64,000 nucleotides of DNA from Heptranchias perlo (taxonomy: Eukaryota), in the NCBI RefSeq assembly GCF_035084215.1, contig NC_090335.1, forward strand, positions 39,308,001 to 39,372,000, in the 5' to 3' direction. Shown in pieces: positions 24,955 to 38,996 of the stretch (position 1 is its first letter; each line of letters starts with the position of its first letter). The notes beneath the pieces were generated by a model, which saw only the letters and a list, made by a program, of their open reading frames with translations, was not told where the DNA came from and did not search any database. The position numbers and the translations under genes were made by a program.

Positions 24955-26099
24955 CTGACAAAAAAAGAAAACATAGATAAAACTTGCCCAATTTAGTTGC
25001 AGTATTGTTTACAAACTGATATTCATTTACAGTGTTCATTATATTTATTATCATCCCTTGATGAGCGGGCAATTCCATTTTATTTTAATTGTAATGTGAT
25101 ATTAGCAGAGCTATTTCTGATCATTTGCATGAAAACATTACAAGAGCTATAACAATAAAATACGACTGACAATTAGGCTAGGTTTTTCCAGTTCGCGATT
25201 CCCCCACCGCCCCATTCATTTTAATGGACAGCAAAACCCCAGCCTCTGATTACAGCTAGTGGTAACATTCTCAACTAACAATACCAGTTAGACGTTAAAA
25301 CCTATATCTGGCTGAGCAAGTCAGGACCTTATGGCCAGCCGGAATCAGTTAAGATCTCTCTGTGAGCTGTTCCCCATGTCCAAATATTTAGGCTCGCCAC
25401 TGGCAAGAATCAAACTTTTATATCTGAAATCTTGCTGCCTTCCGGCAAAAGAAGGGGAGTGCAGACATAGTAGGTTTATTAAGGCCTGCTTCAAGTTACT
25501 CCTAATATTGTTCCTGAACTAATAAATGGAAAATCACAAGTGGTAGCAATCACCTGCCTCCTGCCATATTTACATAAAACACCCACAGGAGCATTAAGGC
25601 CTGTGGACACACAACGAGAACTGACTTGGTTAAAGGCCGATCAACAGCTCTGGCCATTAACACTATTGTTGCTTAATTCTTGAGAAGAGCACTATCAATA
25701 AGATCACAACAATGCGGTAAATTCAGTCATCCTGTGCTCCCAGTGAGGAGCCTTGTTCAATGGAAGTACGGGTTCTAAAATAGGGTTACAGCACTATAGT
25801 TCTAATTCTCCAACCCATGCTCTTGTTGAGTGAGGCCTACTGCTGGGAGCATAACATTACTGAATAAGCCATTCTGATCTTAATATTTTAGATCCGCACT
25901 TCTGTAAACATCCAAGTTAACACCTCGGATTACTCCTGCTTTATATTTAGTCCCATAATGTTTGTTACAAATTATATTGAATAGGTACTCATTTTGGACC
26001 CCAACAGTTAGGAGTTAATGGAATATTTACAGAAATCTTATGGGAAAAGAAAATGTGTGTGCTATTATCTGAAGATATATTCTTGGTAATTTGACTTAC

Positions 26100-26150
26100 T
26101 GAAATTTATTTGCGGTGACATAATCCTGGTATTGTCTTTTCTATCCAAGG
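26100..26150 (-). pseudogene. 51-nt stalk exon (LDRKDNTRIMSPQINF)
   Basis: GAACAG acceptor, GTAAGT donor, phase 1-1, open frame, lies between the C2 and TM exons. Confidence 0.65.
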
Positions 26151-26364
26151 CTGTTCAAGAATGTATAAAATATAAAAATACAATTATTAATGTAGTTATT
26201 AAGTATTTTAAAAAGTACATGCCTGTAACCTTGTTCTCAAAATGATGGAGAAGAGAACTGGAAATATGGAAAAGATAAAATATATGTGAAAAAAATTACT
26301 GACTGATTTATGAAGTGCCAAATGTAAAACTATTATTGAGCAAAAATAATTTCCACAGATTTAG

Positions 26365-26705
26365 AAAAAGAAAAGAAAGACTTGCATTTATACAGTGTTT
26401 TTTCACAACCTCAGGACATCCCAAAGCACTTTACAGCCAATCAAGTACTTTTGAAGCGTAGTCACTGTTGTAATGTAGGAAATACAGCAGCCAATTTGAG
26501 CACAGCAAGGTCCCACGAACAGCAATGTGATAATGACCAGATAATCTATTTATTAGTGGTGTTGGTTGAGGCATAAATATTGGTGAGGACGCCAGGGAGG
26601 AATCCCTGCCCTTCTTTGAAATAGTGCCATGGGATCGTTTATGTCCACCTGAGAGGGCAGACGGGGCCTTGGTTTAACGTACACTGCACCTCCAACAGTG
26701 AAGCA
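26365..26705 (-). mobile_element. SacSINE1/DeuSINE-like SINE (5' truncated)
   Basis: Core GATCCCATGGCACTATTT...GCAAGTCTTTC shared with the other copies in the window. Confidence 0.8.
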
Positions 26706-26719
26706 GTATCACACCCTTG

Positions 26720-27190
26720 CTGGGTATCACACACAATCTGCACATTCAACGAGTGGAACCTATTGATAAAATAATTAATCCCATGTTTCAGGTTTTGATC
26801 CACCTTCTCTTGTTCCTGTTTATGTATGACAGTGGGTACCAAGTTGGCACCTTCAGAGCCACATGGGTGCCGTCATTAGCCCCCTGCACCTTAGGGAAGT
26901 TAGCAAGCCTGTTAAAGTGAATGACCCTGTCTCTTCACTCCACATGGGACATGCCATAGCTGATGAAGTCAGGTGGCCTCCGAGAAAGGGCATTTGTCTC
27001 CTGGTGAATGAAGGCCCATACAGCTCCATGGCTGATATTACAGATCCCCCAGTGACTGACTGGAAGGATTCGGTAAAAGTTCAGGTGGTGGTGACCTTCA
27101 TCTGTAACGATAACACTCTGTGGAAAGTTCACAATGGCTTCAGGCGTTCTTCCACAAAATCGCACAGATAGCCAATGGCTTGCTTCGAGA
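26720..27190 (-). pseudogene. Harbinger transposase remnant
   Basis: DGTHVALKVP and RFHSLNVQIVCD motifs, frameshifted. Confidence 0.75.
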
Positions 27191-27557
27191 AGCGCAGTCT
27201 CCTGACCACACAGCTCCTCAAAAGGTTATAAATTGTTGGAAATCTTTTGCGCGAGTTTCCTCGCTAAAAAGCGGCACTACGCCGAAGTTACAGCGGGCGA
27301 GCGGAAGAACCCATGTGAAAATTCACCGTCAATGTGTTTAAACAATAAATGGTTCACTATTATATCTCTCATAAAACATTTGCACAAGTAGAGGGCTCAT
27401 TTTTCCAAATTGCTGCAGAATGCTTTATATCCTCTTAAATTTATATCCTGATAATTATATTATCTGTGGAAAATCTGTTATCTATGTGGCAGGAATACAA
27501 ACCATTATAATTTCTCAAAGGCAGAAGGCCTAGATTAGAAAGACTGGAATACAAACA

Positions 27558-27829
27558 CATCAAGGGAAATGATGTGGTTCTGAGTTTCATTCAATGCTGG
27601 GTGGTTTATGATGCAGGTTCGTTTTTCTTCGGAAAAGTTCATGCTGTGTGGAACTGGCTTTCCACAGTTACGGTACCATCAACATTATCAACCAAGATAT
27701 GTGTGAAGTTTCCAAAAGTATTTTCTTTCCAGGTAATAGTTGCAACTGGTTTACCCTTTGAAGCAATGCATAGAACCTTCTTCAGGCCATTTGGCAAGGA
27801 ATTGACACTTAATGAAATAGTAGGTGGAA
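27558..27829 (-). pseudogene. C2-set Ig exon of the CD200R-like gene, frameshifted, with mutated acceptor
   Basis: PPTISLSV...VLCIASKGKPVATITW...NVDGTVTVESQF, then TGA (27639-27641); TCIINHPALNETQN lies in another frame; acceptor reads TTTTACAA instead of ..CAG. Confidence 0.85.
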
Positions 27830-29179
27830 TTGTAAAAGAGAAAAAAAACCTGTTTATAAATAATATGAATGATGTGGAGAGTCTGCCAAATGAACATTTG
27901 TTTCTGAGTAGAACACATTTGGGTTTCAGTTTACTTCCTCAATCTGGGTTGTAGGAAAATGCCTTGTAAATTGCCTGATTGTTCTCAAAATGGAGTTTAG
28001 CTTAAAGATCTCCATTCATAATGGAGTCAGGTCTTGAACTGATTACTGGAAAATGACTGGAAAGCAAAGCTAACTAAAACCATAGAAGTTTCTAAGGCCA
28101 ATAAAGCCATATAAGCTTGTGTAGATAAACAAGGCATTTCTTCCTATTGTTAGAAAGCCATTTGGAAGATCCTGGCCCAGGAAACAATTCCCCCGGTCTT
28201 CCGTTCCAGTGCCAGATGACGTCTCACTCTCTCTCTTTCCCACCCCCCCCCCCCTCGCATTGCAGCTCCTGATGGCAGCCAGCCTGTCAATCAGGCTAGC
28301 TGCCGGGCCCGAAACCCGGAGAGGATGTTAACTACTATCAATCAACGTGCGATGGCGTCGGAAACAGTAAGTTTGGTGCATGCGCCCAATCGCCCCCCCA
28401 CCCCCCTCCCCGCCGCCATCCTGCCTAATATCGGGGTCATAGCGTTCCTGGGAATTGTATTGAAGTTTGTGCTGAAATGAGAGGCCAACTTGTAGTGCAA
28501 AAGAAGGATAGAAGTCTCATGTAATTGATCCTGTTGATTGCTGTACTGGAAATCAAAAGGAAGAGAGGTTCCACAGCCTAATTCATCAGAACCAGCAACA
28601 CTAGTTCAGCTCTACATTTAAACTTCTGCAATATAATGGCACGAGGTCCAAGTGACAGCACTTCCTGGAGAGTTCCATAAACAGGAGTAGTGCTAGTTGA
28701 AGTTTCACTCCTGGACTTTTTGGATTGATATGGATATTAGATTTATTGATATTAGATTTTTAAATCCTTACACATGGCAAGCACACACTGTAAAACTGGT
28801 ATGGTTTTGCAACGTGGCTTTGTGGTGTGCAAGACACCTAATGCACATGAGGAATCAGCAAATCTGCCCTAGAATATAGTGCAGTTTCACCAACTCTTAT
28901 ATTCCTGGCAAAAATATGTAAGTCTGACTTAAGTGTCAGCAACTGTTCTGATTCTCCATTCATAATATTTAGAGGACTAACAGCTCGTCCAAATTTTTGC
29001 TGGAACAAAGGTGGGTAAATGGAGTTGAGGTGCAAATCAGCCATTATCTAATTGAATGGCAGAACAGGTTTGAGAGGCTGAATGGCCTACTCCTGTTCTT
29101 ATGATTTCATGTGTATGTAACATAAGTACTTTTTTGCTTACAAATATTTTTAACTTTGACTTCGTCCTTTTACTTTTAC

Positions 29180-30413
29180 CTTTTTGTGGAGGTAACAAGG
29201 AGGGTCGATGAGGGTAATGCGTTTGATGTAGTCTACATGGATTTTAGCAAGGCTTTTGACAAGGTCCCTCATGGCAGACTGGTCAAAAAAGTAAACGCCC
29301 AAGGGATCCAAGGGGAAGTGACAAGTTGGATCCAAAATTGGCTCAGTGGCAGGAAGCAAAGGGTAATGGTCGACGGATGTTTTTGTGACTAGAAGGTTGT
29401 TTCCAATGGAGTTCCTCAGGGCTGAGTAATAGGTCCCTTGCTTTTGGTGGTATATATTAATGATTTGGACTTGAATGTAGGGGGCATGATCAAGGAGTTT
29501 GCAGATGATACAAAAATTGGCCGTGTGGTTGATAGTGAGGAGGGAAGCTGTAGACTGCAGGAAGATATCAATGGACTGGTCAGGTGGGCAGAAAAGTGCC
29601 AAATGGAATTCAATCCAGAGAAGTGTGAGGTAATGCATTTGGGGAGGGCAAACAAGGCAAGGGAGTACACAATAAATGGGAGGATGCTGGGAGGTGTAGA
29701 GGAAGTGAGGGACCTTGGAATGCATGTCCACAGATCCCTGTAGGTAGCAGGATGGGTAGATAAGGTGGTTAAGAAGGCATACAGGATACTTTCCTTTATT
29801 AGCCGAGGCATAGAATATAAGAGCAGGGAGGTTATGTTAGAACTGTGTAAAACACTATTGAAGCCACAGCTTGAGCACTGCGTACAGTTCTGGTCACCAC
29901 ATTACAGGAAAGATGTGATTGCACTAGAGAGGGTACAGAGGAGATTTACGAGGATGTTGCCACGGTGAAGAATTTTAGCTATGAGAAAAGATTGGATAGG
30001 CTGGGGTTGTTTTCTTTGGAACAAAGAAGGCTGAGGAGTGATTTAATTGAGGTATCTAAAATTATGAAGGACCTAGATAGAGTGGATAGGGAGGACCTAT
30101 TTCCCTTAGCAGAGGGGTCAGTGGCATAGATTTAAAGTAATTGGTAGGAGGATTAGAGGGGAGCTGAGGAGAATTTTTTTCACCCAGAGGGTGGTGGGGG
30201 GTCTGGAACTCACTGCCTGAAAGGGTGGTGGAGGCAGAAACCCTCAACTCATTTTAAAAAGTGCATGGATGTGCACTTGAAATGCCATAACCTACAGGGC
30301 TACGGACCAAGTGCTGGAGAGTGGGATTAAGCTGGATAGCTATTTTCGACCGGCACGGACACGATGGGCTGAATGGCCTCCTTCTGTACCGTAACTTTCT
30401 ATGATTCTATGAT
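29180..30413 (+). mobile_element. 5'-truncated CR1/HER1 LINE
   Basis: RT C-terminal half (DFSKAFDKV, FADDTK) with stops; 3' UTR and (ATTCTATG)n tail; closely similar to 20620-24122. Confidence 0.93.
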
Positions 30414-31578
30414 TGTCACTCTAGGTTTTTGATTCACAGAATTGAATTTACATACAGTTTCATGGAAACTACTTTCTTCAGGCTGCGAATAGTAAGGGTA
30501 CAGATATCTGTCAGACATGGTTGATTAAGGAGAGTTTTCTAAAATATAATCCCTGCACTGTGATGTTCTTTGATGTGTGCACTGTTGCACAGTTTATTTG
30601 TAAAGGTTATGTACCCCTTGGTTTATTAGTAATCAACTTGTGTTATCTATAAAATGGAGACATTCTTATCTGCAAATTGCATAGCTGTTAAATTTAGATA
30701 TGAAATGACATTTATTTTCCCCTGACAATTCTGATAAGCGCCAGAAGGATGCAGTCCATTTTAGGTGTTAATTGGGATTCTAATGAAGCAATATTGAAGA
30801 TGGCAGCACAGCTTTTTCAGTGTTTTACTGGCTTTAGAATTAATAACCAGCAATTTGTTTCTAAATTTTTCCAAAGACGTTGAGTCTTATCATCAGTATC
30901 TCTTTTAAAAATCATTCTGAAAGAATTATGATTAACTTTAACATCCACTCTTTCCAGTGCTTTTTTTTAGGTTTATTGAACTTTTAATCTCATTATAATA
31001 ACAAAGATACCATGAGGACAGTACGATCACGGCTTACATAGAAGTATGATCAGACTAGCATACAAAATCATGTACAAGGCACACGGCGGATTAAAGTCTG
31101 TATAAAAAAATTTGCAAGTGCCTCCTGTATGCTATCTGAAGATACTATCCAATGGTTTGTCTTGCCAGAAAAATAGGGGCCAAGAGAAATTATAGTCAAT
31201 ACTCAAGCAGTCTGAGACTGCCTGAAAAGAGAGGGGGACAAGTAAAATTTGAGCATTATATTAAATGATAAGACTGCTAAAGCATCTTGGTTAATGACAG
31301 CACGTTTACTGATATTTATTCTGCTCCTTCACACTGTCAAATATAGGTTGTAATGTTAGATTGATTTCTTACTTGATTAACTTCAAGGATCAGGGAGAAA
31401 TTTGTGGAGTATTTTCATCTGTCTGGAGATAAAATAATTTGGGGAAAATCTGTGGCAATGCAAAGTGTACTTTTCCTCTTTATATTTTCTTACAATTCTT
31501 TGTTCTGGAGTGAAAGTACTTCGAGATGATAACCTTCAGGTTGGAATCATGCTGTGCGACATTAAAAACAAGCACATT

Positions 31579-32393
31579 GGGGCAGAAATCACTCCGGAAA
31601 TAACGGAGGGGCTCAACAGTGCTCTCCGTCGTTAGTGGCAAAATGGAGGAGCAAGTTTCGGCACTTGCACACGTGCAGTGAAACCTGGAAATCGTGAACT
31701 TACTCCTAGTGGTTCGTTGGCGATATGACAGCTTCGAATGAAAGGGCCATCGCACGCTGCAATCAGAGAAATCATTGAAAAAGCGCCAACTTGCTTATTT
31801 GCCCAGCTGGAAAGTAACTAATTACACCTCCAAAGAGGCACACTTAAAAATACCAGGTCTAAACTAAGTTTTAACAGTGCAGTTAGTCTAAATGATTATC
31901 AAACAACTAAAAATGAACTTTTAATAATGTGGAGTTTCATATTACTACTTATTTTAATAATATTTGATCATTAAGATTTTTTTAAAATTAAAAACTTATA
32001 TATTTTTTTACTTTTTCCTTCTGTCTCTTTAATTTAATTCAATTATTTCTTTGGCCTCTTATAAAAAAAAATTAACATTTTTGATTTACAATTACATCCA
32101 GAATACTAACTTTAAATGAATGAAGTCTGCTTGCCTGCTTGAGCAATGCAGCCTGAATCTGTGGGCATGACCTCTCTTCCTGACAGATTTTGTGGGCGTA
32201 TCTTTTCCTCACAGACTTTTCCAGCCGTGAGGCAACTCATGCTGCTCAGAGTCTGGGTTGATAGCGCAGAATTCTTTTAAAGTTCAAATTCTAGCAATTC
32301 GACACCACAGAGCCTGCAGTATATAATTTTGTTAATTTAATTCGCAAGAGCAGCGGTGAGCATTGCTTCGCGGCTCCAAGCGATTCCTGGCCC
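31579..32393. mobile_element. Harbinger-type MITE (815 bp)
   Basis: Imperfect TIRs GGGGCAGAAATCAC / GCGATTCCTGGCCC; ATT duplicated on both sides. Confidence 0.65.
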
Positions 32394-32599
32394 ATTGGCA
32401 CTGCACGCTAAAGAACTGTCCACGTCTGAAATACCAACATCACAGATGTGGTGAGGATGTGGGCCAAGACTTTTTCTTATCAGTTGTTGGGGAGTTTGCA
32501 GTCTGCATTTTCTATGTTTATTGCCAGCATTTGCTTTTTTTGTGTGCATATGTTCCATGCATTGTGCCCACTTTATTTAGCTATTTTCATGACATTAAT

Positions 32600-32815
32600 G
32601 GGTTAAATTTTCATCTTTACTGCTTGGGCGTCAAGCTTTGGATGAAGAACAGAAGGGAAAATCGGGTGGGCAAGATCACACAGCAGTAACAGAACACACT
32701 GAATTTTCCTTCCATTGAAATTAAGGGAGAAGTGATCGTCCACGTCAGATTTTCCTTTCCACATTCCGCCTAAGCAAAGCATAATTGCCAGGCAGTAAAT
32801 CTGAAAATTCACCCC
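32600..32815. mobile_element. Short MITE
   Basis: TIRs GGGTTAAATTTTCA / TGAAAATTCACCC. Confidence 0.6.
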
Positions 32816-33324
32816 AAGGGCTATAAATTGGGCCGCGCAGCACCCGTTTTTTAGGCGCTACGCAGCCTCCTAAGGTCCCAAAATGGTGTCCGGAATGCGC
32901 ATGCATGCTTCTAGTGTGACGTGCGCCAAACGCCGTCTTGGTAAAGGTGTTTGCGCACGCGCAGATAATGAACGCCGGTACCATGTAAAGTAAAGAGAAT
33001 ATGCATTAGATCAGTGTGTGATGCTGATTTAAAGGAATAGATATCATTTTGGCACTCAATGTTCCAGCCGACCACGAAGAGCTGATCATGTCGTAGACGG
33101 CCTGGTGGACCCCCCACCAGCACTATTTAAAGGGACCATGCAGGATTTACTGGTAGTTAGTTGATGGGTTATTGCTTCTGGCTTCTGATGCATTTGTACC
33201 TGTCTCTGGAGGCCTCCTATAATTGAATACTAGGACTAGGGGACATTGCTTAAAATTTAGAGCCAGGATTTGCAAGAGTGAAATTAGTCAACGCTTCTAC
33301 ATGCAAAGGGTGGTAGAAGTTTAG

Positions 33325-33597
33325 GGGAGAGATACAAAAGGGTCCAGAGGGGCAATTTTTTCACTCAAAGGGTGGTGAGTGTCTGGAACGAGCTGCCAGA
33401 GGCAGTAGTAGAGGCGGGTACAATTTTGTCTTTTAAAAAGCATTTGGACAGTTACATGGGTAAGATGGGTATAGAGGGATATGGGCCAAGTGCAGGCAAT
33501 TGGGACTAGCTTAGTGGTATAAACTGGGTGACATGGACATGTTGGGCCGAAGGGCCTGTTTCCATGTTGTAAACTTCTATGATTCTATGATTCTAGA
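33325..33597 (+). mobile_element. Short CR1/HER1 3'-end insertion
   Basis: FFTQRVVSVWNELP-coding segment, GGCCGAAGGGCCTG UTR and (TTCTATGA)n tail. Confidence 0.85.
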
Positions 33598-33735
33598 ATG
33601 CTGTTCTGCAAACGCCTGTTGATGCTTGCTCAATTATTAATTTTAAATCTGAGATTGATAGATTTTTGTTAAACAAGGGTATTAAGGGATATGAGGCAAA
33701 GGTGGGTATATAGAGTTAGGCCACAGATCCACCTT

Positions 33736-35080
33736 AGAATCATAGAATCATAGAAAGGTTACAGCACGGAAGCAGGCCATTCAGCCCATCGAGTCCGTGC
33801 TAGCTCTATGCAAGAGCAATCCAGCCCTATCCCCATAAGGGGTGCAAATTTTTTCCTTTCAGGTATTTATCCCGTTCCTTTTTGAAGTCCATGATTGAAT
33901 CTGCCTCCACCACCTGTGAATTCCAGATCCTAATCACTCGCTGTGTAAAAAAGCTCTTCCTCATGTCACCTTTGTATTTTTTGCCAATCACCTTAAATCT
34001 ATGTCGTCTGGTTCTTGATCTTTCCGCCAATGGGAACAGTTTCTCTCTATCTACTCTGTTGACTTTCTTCATGATTTTGAATATCTCTATCAAATCTCCT
34101 CGTAACCTTCTCTGTTCCAAGGAGAACAACCACAGCTTCTCCAGTCTATCCACGTAATTAAAGTTCCTCATCCCTGGAATCATTCCAGTAAATCTCTTCT
34201 GCACCCTCTCTAAGGCCTTCACATCTTTCCTAAAGTGCGGGGCCCAGAACTGGACACAATACTCCAGTTGTGGCCGAATCAGTCTTTTATAAAGGTTCAT
34301 CATGACTTCCTTGCTTTTGTACTCTATGCCTCTAGTTATAAAGCCCAGGGTCCCCTATGCTTTTTTAAACACTTTCCCAACCTGCCCTGCCACTTTCAAC
34401 GGTTTGTGCACATATACCCCCAGATCTCTCTGTTTCTGTACCCCGTTTAGAATTGTGCCCTTTAGTTTATATTGCCTCTCCTCGCTCTTCCTACTGAAAT
34501 GTATCACTTTGCATTTTTCTGCGTTAAATTTCATCTGCCATGTATCCGCCCATTCCACCAGCCTGTCTATATCCTCTTGAAGTCTATCACTATCCTCCTC
34601 ACTGTTTACTACCCTTCCAAGTTTTGTGTTATCTGCAAATTTTGAAATTGTGCCCTGTACACCCAAGTCCAAATCATTAATATATATCAAGAAAAGCAGT
34701 GGTCTTAGTACCGACCCCTGGGGAACACTACTGTACACCTCCCTCAAGTCGGAAAAACAACCGTTCACCACTACTCTCTGTTTCCTGTCACTTAGCCAAT
34801 TATGTATCCATGCTGCTACTGCCCCCTATATTCCATGGGCTGCAATCTTGATGATAAACCTACCATGTGGCACTTTATCAAACGCCTTTTGAAAGTCCAT
34901 ATACACCATATCAACTGCATTGCCCTCATCTACCCTCTCTGTAACCTCATCAAAAAACTCTATCAGGTTAGTTAAACATGATTTGCCTTTAACAAATCTT
35001 TGCTGGCGTTCCCTAATCAATCCACACTCATCCAAGTGACTGTTAATTTTGTCCCGGATTATCGTTTCTAAAAGTTTCCC
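33736..35080 (-). mobile_element. 5'-truncated CR1 LINE
   Basis: Minus-strand ORF2 fragments (DFQKAFDKV, KFADNTK, RPQLEYCVQFWAP) and tail. Confidence 0.93.
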
Positions 35081-36219
35081 CCTTGACCTCATTGAATGGC
35101 AGAACAGGCTCGAGGGGCTAAATGCCACTGCGAGAAAGCATGCACCAAGGTTCTCTGTTGATGCACTAAAAGCCTTGGTGCAAGAGGTGAAGAGAAGGAG
35201 GGGCATCCTATATCCTATATGCTGCCTCCTGTCATGAGCCATCTTCCCCTGCAAGAAAGCGGAACGTGTGTCGGTGAGTGTCCTGCAGGATGTTTGGGTG
35301 ATGTGCCTGTCATGGATGAATAGCTGCCAGTTGTGGGTGTGTGGCTTGCAACAGTGGTAATGTGTGAGGGTGAGAGGAAGCATCTGATTGGAAGAGTTGA
35401 GTACTGATGGAAAGAGTTTGTTGGTGGGGGTTGTAGTGCGTGGAGCAGTGGATGTGGCTAGTGGTGCAGTTGGTAGGAAATGCCACTTGACCACTTACCT
35501 TGACCACTCATGTCAAAGCATTGAACTTCGTCCTGTACTGCATTCATGTTCGTGGTGCTATGCGCCTGGCATTAACTTTGTCCCCTACTGCCTCCCCCTG
35601 CCTCGGAGCATATGTCTGGAGGGCCTCTTGTCCCCCTGCGGATACAGGATGCCCCGCCTTCTGTTCACCTCTTGCGCCAAGGTCACTAGTGCATCATCAG
35701 AGGACCTTGGTGCACGTTCTCTCACAGGCCTGGTACAAACTCAGATCGGCAGATTGGTGAAGTCTGGCCTGCAGATTGGAGGATGCGGAATTTAGTAGTG
35801 TGCAACCTTTATTCAATGTTTTAACATAACTCAACAGTTTGTAAACATAGGGACAGACCTGCATCTGTGTTTTACATGTGCGAAGTCTGATCTTCGTTCA
35901 GACTCCGTGCCGACCCGTATCTTATTTTTTTCAAGTAAGAGGTGCAGAATGCCTTTAGGAGGTACGAGCCACTCACATGCTATCTGAGCCCCCCCCACCC
36001 CTCCCCCTCCCCCCCCCCTCCCCCCGCCTTGCTGGTGAGAAGTCACTGAACAACGCAGCTAGGCCTGGCTGCTCACATTGGAATCGGGTAAGTGAGCAGG
36101 CAGCACGAATCTCAAAAAATGATATGAGGAAGGAGAAAGGAGGTCAAAAGGGACAAGGAGTGTAGGAAAGATAAAAGAACAAAACAGATCAGAAGGATTC
36201 AGGGAGTAAAATAAGATTA

Positions 36220-37050
36220 TCAGATGGAAGGAGATTTGAGTGGTATATAAGCAAATACACAAAGTACTGTGCATAAAATTGTAAGTTAGAGGCACAAATT
36301 GCTATGGAGGTTATGATATAAAGTGTTAACACAAACATGGTTTAGGCTAGGGCAGGACTGTGACCTGATCATTCCTGGTTACAAAATATTCATGAGGAAC
36401 AGAATAGGAAAAAAGGGAGGAGGTGTAACAGTATTAATCAAAGATTCCATTATACTACTAGAAAATAGGGGATGGTACAAAAGCTGGGTTAGAGTTAATG
36501 AATATGAAGGAGCCTGTTACTTTGCAAGTATATTATAGACCACTGAAAAGGGAACAGGAGAAGAGATAAGCAGATAAATTAGAGAAATTACAAGAACAAG
36601 AGGGCCTTAAAAATGTGTGATGTTAATTATCCAAAGATAGACCCGGGTAAGAGGGTGAAGATGGGTTGGGTTTCTGCAATATTTCTAGGATTGATTTAAT
36701 AGGGTAGATATTCATTTCAGCCCGTATTTGGGTGCAGCACTGTCGCCACGCTGGGAGCACTCGCCAGATGTTAAGGAGGATGAAAGAATAGTGGAGATAT
36801 TGAATGCAGTAATGGTAATGAAAGGGTACAAGGGGAGGTAGTGAAGCAATTAGATAGGATAACGATAAATAAAGAAGTAGCACTCAAAAATTGGTGGAAA
36901 CTCAAGATAGAAGAGGCATTGGGTCCTAATGGCATGCATCCAGGAATATTAAGGGAAGTCAGAGTGGAAATAACAGAGGATCTAACTGCAATCTTTCAAA
37001 TATCCTTAGATAAGGAAATTGTGCCTGAGGACTGGAGGGTTGCAATTTCA
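36220..37050 (+). mobile_element. Highly degenerate CR1 ORF2 (endonuclease/linker) fragments
   Basis: IPGYKIF.R.R..KKGGGV.VLIK and GPNGMHPGILREV..VPEDWRVA motifs. Confidence 0.7.
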
Positions 37051-38039
37051 TTCTCCATATTGTTATATTGTAATGTTGCTTATGTTGACTATCAAATGGG
37101 TCAATTAACAAATACCAAGTACAAAAGATTGCTTACAGTGGCAAGTTCACAGACTCTCATAATGTGCTGTCATCTTGGGACAGAAGTACAACTCATCTTC
37201 TCCCACAATCCCCTATCTTAAATATGTTCATTCTATCTGCTTGTGTGAGAAAGTTGCACATAGCAGGAGTCAGTACTTGCAGACAGGACAGGGGTCAACA
37301 AATCAATGACTCTTTATTCCTTATGAGAAAAGGACAATCAAAATTATCAGTGTGTAAATAATAAAAGGAGTGGGAGGGTGAATTTGGCAAGCTCATGGCT
37401 AATGTCCTTTGCTTTTCATTGCTTATCTCTTTATTTACTCACTCATTCAGTCGTGATCATGATGGCCCACTGCAGCATCTCATTGTAACACATTACCATG
37501 TGCCCTGTGCTGCAAGAGGTTTCTTACTGCAAGTATTATAAAGTATGCTCTTATTCTGCTTCTGCAGGTGCCCAAGAAGAAGAAGCAGCTGAGCCACTGT
37601 ACAGCCTCAACCTAGCACTTCACAGCACCCTATATCACCCACTCTTACACTGGAAAGTATCATCACAGATATTTTCAATCTAGGAGGTCTGTGTTAGTGA
37701 GTTGCAGGATAGACCATTTGGTTGAGCACACGTGAGGAGGAGAAAATACAGGTAGAATTACAGGAGATACAACCAGATGACTGCAAGACCAGCTGAAGGC
37801 CTTCTACAGTTGCTCTGCAAAGGGATATGGACCTCACACAGCCTGCTAACAAACTGTTCTTTGGTAGCTGAACATCAGCAAGTCATGAAGTCATTTGAGT
37901 TTGTGCCATGCAGCTTGTACAGTTTGGGCAAATCCTTAGAGGAGCCCACAACCCACATTTGTGTTTCATGACTGCCTGAATGAGCTGCAGAGTGCTACAG
38001 AGAATGTGGCAACTCCAGGGCCCCTTTCAGTGGAGCGCC

Positions 38040-38460
38040 CCTTAGATGAGGTTCTAAGCTCAAGCTTTGACCTCCAATCTCCAGCAGTCTCTTGCTGCAT
38101 GCTGCTTTCCACAGAAAATGTGATGAAAACCTTGGTGCTGGCAAACAATGCATCAGTTACAAGTTTAATACAATTGTGGACTAACAATTTGGAGATGTGA
38201 CAGAGGTCTCTTGCATTTGCGTGGAAGCAGCCTGTTGTGTAAAAGTTCAAAGCAGCTGTGATCTCGATAACCATTTACAGATCTATCCCTGTGCTGGAAT
38301 TGCTCTGCAAGTCTGGCTGCATGAGTGTGCAGAATTCAGGAATCTTAGCAAGGTTTCTTCAGACCGATCCAGATAAGAGACCTCAGCCCATGAATATGAG
38401 CATAGGAATGTGTCTGAATTGAGCACCTAAGGTACAACATCACTTGTCTGGCATACCCTC
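38040..38460 (-). pseudogene. Harbinger transposase N-terminal remnant
   Basis: EITAALNFYTTGCF...DLCHIS...HNCIKLVTDALF. Confidence 0.75.
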
Positions 38461-38996
38461 CTCTAATCTTCCTCCTGCAGAATGTGCCCATAGAAATACC
38501 CAAATACACTAATGAGTCACTGATAAAAGATGCAATATAGCTTTAAGTTGGTATCAGGAAGGCTCCAACAACTTCCTTTGTCCAACAGGACCAAAACTTT
38601 GCAGAAACGATTAGTTGTCAAGAAATAGAGCAATAACAGTAATGCACCTTAACAACAAGGACCTACATGAATGGAACAGGCCTCCTTGGAAGTGCCAGTT
38701 TTATATAGGTGCAAAACCAATCAGGTGCTGTTCCTGCCTTCTGATCACATTATGGGGAGGACCATAATACTGTTAATTGAAATGTCTGTGCACAGGCTCT
38801 AAATGCTTAAAATGCTTCAGGATCACATTTTAGCATGTTACACATATCAGGCACTTCGTGTACTATCTATACAAAAGTACTTTTCATTTTTATTTAAATT
38901 GACACACAACACTCTAGTGATTATAAAATGTTAGTTTTAATGTTTGCCAGCAAGAAGATTGCACTAGTTGTGTGGAGAGTTTGGTAGTGATCTTAC

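Larger units (their letters stand above)
32818..36110. mobile_element. Non-autonomous Harbinger derivative, copy B, with nested CR1 insertions; right end missing
   Basis: Same left end as copy A; captured CR1 tail split by insertions at ~33325-33597 and 33736-35080; Myb remnant at ~35230-35730 on the minus strand. Confidence 0.8.

Noticed and set aside
34826-35494. 222-aa ORF as a novel fusion protein
   Set aside because: Chance read-through from Harbinger intron sequence into a truncated CR1 RT.
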